The notes below the pieces were generated by a model, which worked only from the letters and a program-made list of their open reading frames with translations, did no database searches and was not told the origin of the DNA. A program made the position numbers and the translations under genes. From Candidatus Atelocyanobacterium thalassae (GTDB lineage: Bacteria; Cyanobacteriota; Cyanobacteriia; Cyanobacteriales; Microcystaceae), in the NCBI GenBank assembly GCA_051971635.1, contig JBFPLN010000001.1, forward strand, positions 64,001 to 128,000: a DNA stretch of 64,000 nt. The letters are read 5' to 3'. Of the stretch, positions 10,442 to 19,503 are shown in pieces (positions within the stretch are counted from its first letter, which is position 1; each line of letters opens with the position of its first letter).

Positions 10442-11383
10442 ATTTATAGTAGTTAAACAACTAAAATTAGTATGACTAACTATTTTGAGGTAGTATAAAG
10501 ACTATAATAATACATAGTATATGAACTACTATAAGTGTTTAGAGAATATAGGATATTTATAATTTTATCAACAAGTATTAAACCTTCTTAATTTTTTTAT
10601 AAATAGAAATGATAATCAAAAAAAAAACTTGCTATTGATACTATATGGTTTTAAGTTTAGATTTAAAATTTTTTAATACTTCTTTACCACTATATTTATT
10701 TCAGGATAAAATATTTAATTATATATAAATAAAATCTTAAGACAATACTTGTATACCACACAATAAATAATTATAAATAAAAGCCTTACAATGAAAAGGT
10801 ATCAAAAAAAAATAAAAAGAATATTTATTCTTTATCCTCTAAAAGTTGTTTCTAGAATGCTTACTTTATAAAAAGTTGATTATATATATTTAATTAATCT
10901 CAAAGCCTGTCTGGACAATTTAAAAATTGTAAGAAACTGATAAATTTTATAGAATTCTTAAAAAAATTAAAAAATATGCAATAAGACATTTTAAGCAATA
11001 ATAATTTTGATGTTAAAAAACAATAATTTTTAAATGCAAGAAGTTGTTTTTAATAAATTATTTTTTTACAAAATCTTGGATTATATATGATGTATTCTTA
11101 ATACTATATAGACTACGATATATACCTTTTTATTTTGATAAAAACAAAGTTACTAATTTTTTATTCACTTCATAATACTCCTATCTATAAAAAAACTAAT
11201 AAAATTAAATATCTATAAAACTGTTGTTATTAATCTTATTAAACATGTGGATAAAAATTACAAATTATGTGTAAGATAATTGTATAGATAGCTAGTAATT
11301 TTAAGTTTTTCTAATCACTACTACTACCTTAGCCAACTATTATTCTGTAAACCTAATTAATTAAATAATTACTTTCCAAATTA

Positions 11384-11773
11384 ATGAAACAAGATAAACC
11401 TTTAACCGGCATAGATCTACTCCAAAAAGTTGAAGAATTAAGTAAAGAAGCTAAATTTAGTAAAGAAGAAAAAGCAAAAGCTTGCGGTTACTATACTAAA
11501 ACAAAAAATGGGGTAGAACGTGTTAACATGATGAAGTTTCTTAATGCTTTAATTGATGCTGAAGGTATTGAACTTGATAGTAGCTCTGAGGGCCAAGGAA
11601 GAGGTGGACGTTCAGCTAGCTATAAAATTAGTGTTCAATCTAATGGCAATCTTCTTATCGGCTCAGCCTACACAAAAAAGATGGGATTAGAATCTGGTGA
11701 TGAATTTGAAATTACTTTGGGACGTAAACATATACATCTAAAACAAGTCGGGATACTCAATGAAGATGAATAA
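11384..11773 (+). CDS. Cyanobacterial AbrB-like transcriptional regulator (cyAbrB)
   Basis: AKACGYY and GGRSASYKISVQSNGNLLIGSAYT..GDEFEITLGRKHIHL signature. Confidence 0.93.
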   Translation: MKQDKPLTGIDLLQKVEELSKEAKFSKEEKAKACGYYTKTKNGVERVNMMKFLNALIDAEGIELDSSSEGQGRGGRSASYKISVQSNGNLLIGSAYTKKMGLESGDEFEITLGRKHIHLKQVGILNEDE

Positions 11774-11819
11774 TAGATAGTATTTATAGCTTTTTGGTTA
11801 TAGGATAATTTTATTTAAT

Positions 11820-11850
11820 AGCGTTACTCAGATAGAAACTGAGCAACGCT
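11820..11850 (+). terminator. Stem-loop downstream of cyAbrB, probable terminator
   Basis: AGCGTTACTCAG (11820-11831) / CTGAGCAACGCT (11839-11850), 12-bp stem with one mismatch; U-tract weak. Confidence 0.55.
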
Positions 11851-12289
11851 TATAGAAACACTACTAATATGCAATTAAATATTCTTAATCAAAGAAGAGT
11901 ATATAATAGTTTATTAGCTTATATATTGGAACTCTAATAAATTAAGCTTAAAGATAAATAATAATCTTAGTTCTTGAGAAAAAATTATATTATTAAAATC
12001 TATTAGAAAATAATTACTAAATAGATCAATAAAATCATAAATATTTAAGATTGTTTGTAGTTTTTAACTAGCTATACGTACTCTATTCTTAAGTCTTACT
12101 AATACAATATCTTCAGATTGTCTTTAAATCAAATCTGATATATTTATATCAAAGCAATTAATATTTACTTAGCATTTAAAGATTCCTGTGTTTTCGCAAA
12201 AAATATAAAATAAGAGATTGCTTAAAAAAAAATATTATTAAAATTATTGTTTAATATTAAAATAGGTTTTTGTTAAGAGTAATCTTGAA

Positions 12290-12802
12290 CTAGATGACAT
12301 CTAAAGTTAGTCCATTTTTCTCTAAGAAGGTGATGATAATAGATAAAACTAAACATCCTAAAATAGTCAATCCTAAAATCAAAACAGCAAAAATCTCTCC
12401 TCCAGATAAAGAGCGATCGTAAGGATCTAAGTAAGCTGAGGAAGAACTTTGATGTTTGTTGATATTGAGTGGATTTCGCAGATCTTTTAAGTGAATATAA
12501 CCAATCTTTACATCATGGAATAGTCTTTTTTGAGGGTTACTTAATATTTGATATGATTCATTGAGGTGTTGAAATTCTAGCTTTGCCAAAGAAGGAGATA
12601 AGGCCGTAGTATCAGGATGGTAAAGTTTGCTTAGTTCTCGATATACTTTACGTATCTCTAGTATTGAAGTAGATGGGTGAACTCCTAAAGCAGCATAATA
12701 ACTATTAGGAAAAATATTTTGAAGAAAATTATTCCTAAGTACTGGATCTTTTATATTTTGTTGACTAACATTGAGCTTGTTGCAATTATTTTCTGTATAC
12801 AT
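12290..12802 (-). CDS. J-domain (DnaJ-type) protein with C-terminal TM helix
   Basis: YYAALGV..YRELSKLYHPD J-domain; SAYLDP.DRSLSGGEIF followed by a hydrophobic helix. Confidence 0.85.
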   Translation of the reverse strand: MYTENNCNKLNVSQQNIKDPVLRNNFLQNIFPNSYYAALGVHPSTSILEIRKVYRELSKLYHPDTTALSPSLAKLEFQHLNESYQILSNPQKRLFHDVKIGYIHLKDLRNPLNINKHQSSSSAYLDPYDRSLSGGEIFAVLILGLTILGCLVLSIIITFLEKNGLTLDVI

Positions 12803-12839
12803 ATAATATCTTAATTCACTAGAAGGTTCTTAAATTATT

Positions 12840-13382
12840 ATGACAATAATTAAATTTAATCATAAATTTATTTCAACAATATTGATAAAAATTTGTCTTG
12901 TTTTTCTACTTTTTTTAGGGATGGGCTGTAATCAAGCATTAGCTAGTATGTATGATGATCATCTTGATGGTAATATCTTTGTGGTTTATGCCGGGAATGG
13001 TTCTTTGGTCCCAGCAAAAATGACTTTAAGTGATTCTTTAAAACGCCAAATCCCAACAGTTATTATTTATTACTTAGACGATAGTCCTAATAGTAAGCAA
13101 TTTGCTATGACTGTTTCAAAAATACAAGAGTTTTATGGTCGAGCAACTAATATTATCCCTACTATGATTGACAGCATTCCTGAAAAAAACCAATATACTA
13201 AGCAGGAGCTAGGATTTTATTATAAAAATGCTGTTCCTCAAGTAGTTATCCTAGATGGTAATGGAAAAAAAGTTCTTGATATTAAAGGACAAGTAGAGTA
13301 TGAAGTAATAGATGATACTTTACGAGAGGTATTTGGTTTATTCTCACGTTCTGAATCTATAGAGTTGAAACGCCGTGCTTAA
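12840..13382 (+). CDS. Thioredoxin-like thylakoid photosystem I accumulation factor family protein
   Basis: Signal peptide, DD.LDGNIFVVYAGNGSLVP and PQVVILD motifs of this cyanobacterial family (recognised from memory). Confidence 0.75.
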   Translation: MTIIKFNHKFISTILIKICLVFLLFLGMGCNQALASMYDDHLDGNIFVVYAGNGSLVPAKMTLSDSLKRQIPTVIIYYLDDSPNSKQFAMTVSKIQEFYGRATNIIPTMIDSIPEKNQYTKQELGFYYKNAVPQVVILDGNGKKVLDIKGQVEYEVIDDTLREVFGLFSRSESIELKRRA

Positions 13383-13591
13383 TATGATCATACTAAGCGA
13401 CTAACTTTATGCTTTACAAATAAAGATTTTATCTATAAAGATAATATATAAAGAAATACTAAATTAGGAACTTTAATTTATACTTTAACGTTATGAAAGT
13501 TATAGGTAATATTGCAAAAATTTCTCTATAGCTTGCTTAAATATTTGACACAAAATAAGTAACCCATGAGAAATAAGCTATATTTATTTTC

Positions 13592-15046
13592 TTGTATCTA
13601 TCCTCAAGTAATATTAATTATTCGAGGAACATAAAAATTACTTACTATAACAATTTGTCTAATCAATCTTTTTATTCTCTTAATACACCTTTATTTGGAA
13701 CAGATGGAATCCGTGGGAAGGCTGGAGATTTATTGACAGCAACGTTTGCAGTCCAATTAGGCTTTTGGGCTGGACAAATATTAAAATTAGAAGATACTGT
13801 TTCAGGCCCTATTATTATTGGTCAAGATTCTCGTAATTCAAGTGATATGTTGGCTATGTCAATAGCTTCAGGATTGGCTTCTACTGGAATAGATGTATGG
13901 TATTTAGGGCTATGTCCTACTCCTTGTGTAGCCTACATAACAGATATAAGCGAGGCAATAGGAGGAATAATGATTTCTGCAAGTCATAACCCACCTGAAG
14001 ATAATGGAATTAAATTTTTTGATGCTAAAGGAATTAAGCTATCTACAGCTATCTCTCAAAATATAGAGAAAGGATTAAGAGGAGAAATTCCTTTACCTAC
14101 ATCTCAAAAAAATTCATGGGGTAAAATTTTATATAAAGATAACTTGATTAGTAGTTATTACGATTTTTTGAAAAAGAATCTTCCTCCAACCTTTAGCTGT
14201 AGAGGAATGAGAATAGTTTTAGATTTAGCGTGGGGAGCTTCAGTAAATATTGCTCCAAGTATATTTAGACAACTAGAGGCTACAGTATTTTCTTTGCATG
14301 AAGAACCAATAGGAGATTTGATTAACGTTAATTGTGGTTCAACTAACCTAAAGTTATTGCAACAAGCAGTTAAAAAATATAAAGCTGATCTTGGATTTGC
14401 CTTTGATGGAGATGCCGACAGAGTAATGGCTGTTGATGATACAGGTCAAATTATAGATGGAGATTTTATATTATTTTTATGGGGAAAATATCTTATGCAA
14501 AAAGGTGAGCTTCCGAATAATCTATTAGTTACTACTGTAATGGCAAATTTAGGCTTCGAAAAAGCTTGGGAAAAGTTAGGAGGTACACTAATACGTACAC
14601 CAGTTGGGGATCGCTATGTTCAAGCAAAAATGCTAGAGAGCGGTGCCAAATTAGGTGGCGAACAATCTGGACATATAATTTGTCATAATCATGGGATTTC
14701 AGGGGACGGTATTCAAACTTCTCTTCAAATATGTTCACTATTGCAACAGTCGGAAACATCTTTGTCTAAATTAATTGAAGATAGTTTTAAAGCTTATCCT
14801 CAAATTTTGCATAATATTAGGTTTAAAGATAGAGATTCACTCAACCACTGGAAAGATTGTAAAGCCTTGCAAGAGGGGATTAAGAATGCAGAGCAAACCA
14901 TGAAATCGAATGGAAGAGTATTAGTGAGGGCTTCGGGAACAGAAGCTTTACTTCGTATCATGATTGAATCAGAATGTTCTGATACTGCTCAATATTGGAC
15001 TGACTATTTAGTATCAATAGTTGAAAAACACTTAGATACCATATAG
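13592..15046 (+). CDS. glmM: Phosphoglucosamine mutase
   Basis: LFGTDGIRG, MISASHNPPEDNGIK, FDGDADR, GGEQSGH, VRASGTE. Confidence 0.93.
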   Translation: MYLSSSNINYSRNIKITYYNNLSNQSFYSLNTPLFGTDGIRGKAGDLLTATFAVQLGFWAGQILKLEDTVSGPIIIGQDSRNSSDMLAMSIASGLASTGIDVWYLGLCPTPCVAYITDISEAIGGIMISASHNPPEDNGIKFFDAKGIKLSTAISQNIEKGLRGEIPLPTSQKNSWGKILYKDNLISSYYDFLKKNLPPTFSCRGMRIVLDLAWGASVNIAPSIFRQLEATVFSLHEEPIGDLINVNCGSTNLKLLQQAVKKYKADLGFAFDGDADRVMAVDDTGQIIDGDFILFLWGKYLMQKGELPNNLLVTTVMANLGFEKAWEKLGGTLIRTPVGDRYVQAKMLESGAKLGGEQSGHIICHNHGISGDGIQTSLQICSLLQQSETSLSKLIEDSFKAYPQILHNIRFKDRDSLNHWKDCKALQEGIKNAEQTMKSNGRVLVRASGTEALLRIMIESECSDTAQYWTDYLVSIVEKHLDTI

Positions 15047-15073
15047 CTTGAATTAAAATCAATAGTATTGATT

Positions 15074-15820
15074 TTAATTGGTTAAGATTTCATATCCTGT
15101 ATGTGTTACTAAAATTGTATGTTCAAATTGTGCAGATAAGCCATTATCAACAGTTACAATAGTCCAACCATCTGATAAGGTTTTAACATATTTTGATTTT
15201 TGGTTTACTACTGGTTCAATTGTAAAAATCATTCCAGCTTTTAATCTAATATTAGGAATTTTTCCAGATGGACGATTAAATATTACTAGCTCTTCATGCA
15301 GGCTATTTCCTATGCCGTGACCTGTGCATTCTTCAACTATTTTGTAATTATATTTATGAACGACTTTCTCAATAGCTATTGCTATATCTAATAGATAATA
15401 ACCCTCTTTAACTTTTCTAATACCTGCATATAAAGCTTCTTTAGTAGCTTTAATTAATCGAGATGCCTCTTTTGATACTTTGTTTATAGGAATTGTGATA
15501 CAAGAATCTCCATGAAATCCTTGATAGTCTGCGCCTATATCTATTTTTACTATATCACCGCATATGATTATTTTTTGATAGGTAGGAATACCATGAGCTA
15601 TTTCATTATTAATACTTATACAAATTGAATGAGAATATCCACAATAGCCTTTAAAACTAGGTTCTGCACCCATTTCTTTAATTCTATACTCAGCATAATT
15701 ATCTATATCTTTTGTTGTAATGCCAGGTTTTATAATTTCTTTAATTTCATCTAAAATTTTAGAGACAATATAAGAAGAATGCCGTATTATCTTGATTTCT
15801 TGATTTGATTTAACTTGCAT
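15074..15820 (-). CDS. map: Methionine aminopeptidase type I (ATG 15820; alternative TTG 15835)
   Basis: PSFKGY, HGIP, DIG..GFHGDS, GHGIG..LHE, IEP, SAQFEHT metal ligands. Confidence 0.93.
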   Translation of the reverse strand: MQVKSNQEIKIIRHSSYIVSKILDEIKEIIKPGITTKDIDNYAEYRIKEMGAEPSFKGYCGYSHSICISINNEIAHGIPTYQKIIICGDIVKIDIGADYQGFHGDSCITIPINKVSKEASRLIKATKEALYAGIRKVKEGYYLLDIAIAIEKVVHKYNYKIVEECTGHGIGNSLHEELVIFNRPSGKIPNIRLKAGMIFTIEPVVNQKSKYVKTLSDGWTIVTVDNGLSAQFEHTILVTHTGYEILTN

Positions 15821-15877
15821 AGTTTCAAAAAACAAAACTAAATTAAATAACTTATTTATTCATAAATTCCATACCAT

Positions 15878-16717
15878 TTATCCTTTAACTGCACCAGCTG
15901 TTAGTCCTTCCACAATTCTTTTTTGAAAGAAAAAGACTAATAAGATTAACGGAAAAGTCCCTAGAACAGTAGCAGCTGATATAGGACCATATGGAATCTC
16001 AAATACACTTGAGCCACCAATTTGAGCTGTAGCAACAGGAATAGTTTTCATGGTTTCACGAGTTATAAATGTGAGAGAGAAAATATATTCGTTCCAAGTA
16101 AAAATAAACGTTAAAATGCCTGTTGTTACTAGGGCAGGAAAAGTTAAAGGCAATAAAATTTGAGTCAACATTGGAATAATTTTATAGCCATCTATACGCG
16201 CTGCATCCTCTAATTCTTTAGGTAATTGCTGAAAAAAGCTACGCATTATTAGAATAGTCAACGGTAAATTAATGCCGGAGTAAGGAATAATTAGAGCTAA
16301 ATAATTATTTCCTAAATTTAAAAATCGTATTATCTCTAACAATCCCAAAAATAATAAGACATAAGGGAATAAAGAAACTATCGAAATTAATACAAGTATG
16401 AGATTCTTATGCTTAATATTTATTCTTGCAAGTATGTAAGCAGCAGGAGAGCCAATTACTAAACATATGATTGTAGATATTGTAGAAACAAGAATGCTAT
16501 TAAAAATGTAGAGAATAAAAGGACGACGTTTAAATAACTCTATGTAGTGCTCAAAAGTTATACGTTGAGGGAAATAGATATTGGGAATAGTAGAAATATC
16601 TTCACTAGTCTTTATAGATGTTAATATTTGCCATATAATCGGAATTAGAAAAAAAGAAGTAATTAAAAAAATACCGACATTAAGAAGTATATAGTTACTA
16701 TTTTTGTTCCATTTCAT
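15878..16717 (-). CDS. Carbohydrate ABC transporter permease (MalG-type)
   Basis: EAA loop ELEDAARIDG, WNEY, C-terminal GLTAGAVKG; ATG 16717 follows an AAGGAG RBS. Confidence 0.9.
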   Translation of the reverse strand: MKWNKNSNYILLNVGIFLITSFFLIPIIWQILTSIKTSEDISTIPNIYFPQRITFEHYIELFKRRPFILYIFNSILVSTISTIICLVIGSPAAYILARINIKHKNLILVLISIVSLFPYVLLFLGLLEIIRFLNLGNNYLALIIPYSGINLPLTILIMRSFFQQLPKELEDAARIDGYKIIPMLTQILLPLTFPALVTTGILTFIFTWNEYIFSLTFITRETMKTIPVATAQIGGSSVFEIPYGPISAATVLGTFPLILLVFFFQKRIVEGLTAGAVKG

Positions 16718-16783
16718 TATTCTAATAATCTCCTTTCTTATATCTCGTACTTTAAACAATAGATTGAACAATATTATAAATAT

Positions 16784-17662
16784 TTATCTATCTTTCTTAA
16801 AATATAGTAGTAAGACTCCGATAATTACAACAATTATTATTAATAGTAGAAAGGTTATTACAACTAATGCAGCACCATAGCCAAAGTCCAGGTATCTCAT
16901 AACTGTCGCATAAATGTAAATAGAAACAGTTTCTGTAGCTCCTGCAGGACCTCCTCCTGTTATAACTTGAACTAAGTCGAATACACCAAAGGCTTGTGCA
17001 AATCTAAATAATACTGCAATTAGCACTTGTGGCATAATTAGTGGTAATGTAATTTGGCGAAAACTTTGCCAAGGTCTTGCTCCGTCTATAGCATGTGCTT
17101 CATACAAGTCTTTTGGAATCGACTGTAAACCTGATAATAAGATAATACCAAGGAATGGAGTTGTTTTCCAGACATCTGCAATAATCAAAACGATCATAGC
17201 TAAAGTTGGATTACCTAACCAATTAATTCCAGTATTAATGATACCTAAACGTTGTAAAACATCATTAACAACTCCATACTGATCATTAAAAATCCATGCC
17301 CAAGCTAATCCCATTATTGCAGTTGGCAATGCCCAAGGTATCATAGAGATAACTCGAACAGCACTTCTACCAAAGAAGGTTTCATTTAAAATTAAAGCCA
17401 AAATCATTCCTAAGATTAACTCTAAAGTAACGCTTATTGTAGTAAATACAGATGTATTCCAAATAGCTTGTAAAAAGCGTCCGTCTCTTGCCATTCGGAA
17501 ATAATTTGATAATCCTGAGAAAACAGGCTCTAACTGAGTACCGAGATTTTTAGTGAATAAACTTAATAAAAATGCACTTACAATGGGATAAATAAATACA
17601 AAAATCAATAAGAGCAAGGCTGGAAGCATTATTAACCAACCTGTTTGATTTTCATTTTTCAT
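16784..17662 (-). CDS. Carbohydrate ABC transporter permease (MalF-type)
   Basis: DVWKTTPF, GLQSIP.DLYEAHAIDGA, TGGGPAGATE. Confidence 0.9.
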   Translation of the reverse strand: MKNENQTGWLIMLPALLLLIFVFIYPIVSAFLLSLFTKNLGTQLEPVFSGLSNYFRMARDGRFLQAIWNTSVFTTISVTLELILGMILALILNETFFGRSAVRVISMIPWALPTAIMGLAWAWIFNDQYGVVNDVLQRLGIINTGINWLGNPTLAMIVLIIADVWKTTPFLGIILLSGLQSIPKDLYEAHAIDGARPWQSFRQITLPLIMPQVLIAVLFRFAQAFGVFDLVQVITGGGPAGATETVSIYIYATVMRYLDFGYGAALVVITFLLLIIIVVIIGVLLLYFKKDR

Positions 17663-17741
17663 CTTAAATAAATTATTACAACATAATAAGATTCTAACCA
17701 GAAATGAAAAATATTTTTAAACTATACTTATTTTTTTAGCG

Positions 17742-18842
17742 TTATTCTTCATTCAATATCTTTTTTTTCTTTTTCCTATAGCTATTTAGCATTAAGATCA
17801 TTAGGGTCAGAATAGTAATAGGAATTACAAAAAACGACATGATGCTACCAAAAATAGGTAACCCATGGTGCCCTGTCGAATATAATACTAAGTATGTTGT
17901 ATAGGCAACATAGTAGCTAAGAAACAAAAATCCTTCCCAACGTCTAATAATGTTTTCTGTGAAAAAGATAGGTAAACACGCTACTTCAATTGCTATCATT
18001 ACCGGTAAGTCAAAATGTAAAGCAGCATCAGAAACAGGTACTCCTGTTGGTGATGCTATAGCACAAATAGCTAGTACAGTTAAAATATTAAAAATATTAC
18101 TACCAATAACATTTCCTACAGCGATATCTCTTTCTCCCTTTAATGCTGCTACTGCTGAAGTTGCTAATTCAGGTAAAGATGTTCCTGTAGCTACAATTGT
18201 TAAGCCAATAATCAAATCACTTACTCCAATTTTGCGAGCAATCTCTGTTGCACTATCAACTAACCATTGAGAACCTAAAACTAAGCATCCTACACCCAAC
18301 AAAATAAATATAATATCTTTAATAAATCTACTAAAGGATAAAGGTGAAACTTGATTTTCATCACCATTAAGAGCTGATTTACTTGACTCTTTCGCTCCTT
18401 TATAAATTAAGAAAGCGGTGTATATGACACCACCAATTAATAAAACAACTCCGTCAGAACGATGTATTGTACGATCTAGTCCGAAGAAAAAAGTTAAGAT
18501 GGATACTCCAATCATAATTGGAACATCTAGACGAATCAGTTGTTGAGCGACTATTAGCGGAATAGCTAAAGAAGATATTCCCAAAATAACTAAAATATTA
18601 AAAATATTACTGCCAATAACATTCCCTAAAGCTAGATCTGCTTGACCTGCCAAACTTGACTGAATAGCTACTGCCATCTCTGGGGAACTAGTCCCGTAAG
18701 AAACAATAGTTAACCCTACAACTAAAGGGGAAATTCCGAGACTTGAGGTTATATCAGCAGCCCCTCTAACTAAAACTTCTGCACCGACCATCAACAGAAC
18801 GATTCCAGCCACTAACAAACCAAAAACTAAGATATAACTCAT
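17742..18842 (-). CDS. Calcium/sodium antiporter (YrbG-like, CaCA family)
   Basis: Two alpha repeats GTSSPE / GTSLPE, each followed by GNVIGSNIFN. Confidence 0.92.
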   Translation of the reverse strand: MSYILVFGLLVAGIVLLMVGAEVLVRGAADITSSLGISPLVVGLTIVSYGTSSPEMAVAIQSSLAGQADLALGNVIGSNIFNILVILGISSLAIPLIVAQQLIRLDVPIMIGVSILTFFFGLDRTIHRSDGVVLLIGGVIYTAFLIYKGAKESSKSALNGDENQVSPLSFSRFIKDIIFILLGVGCLVLGSQWLVDSATEIARKIGVSDLIIGLTIVATGTSLPELATSAVAALKGERDIAVGNVIGSNIFNILTVLAICAIASPTGVPVSDAALHFDLPVMIAIEVACLPIFFTENIIRRWEGFLFLSYYVAYTTYLVLYSTGHHGLPIFGSIMSFFVIPITILTLMILMLNSYRKKKKKILNEE

Positions 18843-18863
18843 TCAGATCTCTAATAATTATTG

Positions 18864-18946
18864 GGATAGAAAAGTAAACAAACAGGCTTTTCAAGTCTAA
18901 CCATAAAAGCCTATTAGACTATAATATTTGAGACTCTTGTCTAATA
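18864..18946. promoter_or_regulatory. Structured RNA element: degenerate yybP-ykoY-like leader (+) or attenuator of the antiporter (-)
   Basis: Three interleaved inverted repeats (AGGCTTTT/AAAAGCCT, AGTCTAA/TTAGACT, TATTAGAC/GTCTAATA) plus flanking GAAAAGTA and GAGACTCTTGTC motifs. Confidence 0.4.
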
Positions 18947-19503
18947 CTTCTTGTGTAGCTCAAAAAAATGTTTTTATTAAAACTAAATCTTATCCTTATA
19001 AATCTTGCTGTACGAGAATTGTAGGCATTTTCTATTATCATCCTATTATGATCATTCCAAAAATAACAAAAATAGTATTTAAATCAAATTATTTGAATTA
19101 AGTACTGTTTTCAACTACAAAATTGTAAATACATTTGTGAGAGAAAGCAAGTAAGATAACAAATTTAAGTTTAGTAAAACGCTATTTCATAAATTACCTT
19201 TGTATATAAATAAAGGTAACTCTATTACTCTACATAAGTTAGTGTTTTATCTCAAATGATAAGTAAATTTTATATTAGTTTATTATATAAGCTAAATTCG
19301 AATATAGATTTGTAAACAAGAAAGTATTACTATCTCTGCATTAATCACTATTAAAATTTATTAAATTAACTATGTTTTGTGAGCATAATAAACATATTTG
19401 GGTTTTTGAGCTAAAAATTAATTTAACAGATATCTAGCTTAATATACTCTGAGAATATCCTTTTTTTTATGTAAAGTTTATATATCTTACTAATATGTAA
19501 ACT

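Noticed and set aside
14532..18270. Antisense ORFs within glmM, map and the antiporter (14532-14759, 15078-15320, 17950-18270)
   Set aside because: Opposite-strand shadows of well-supported genes.
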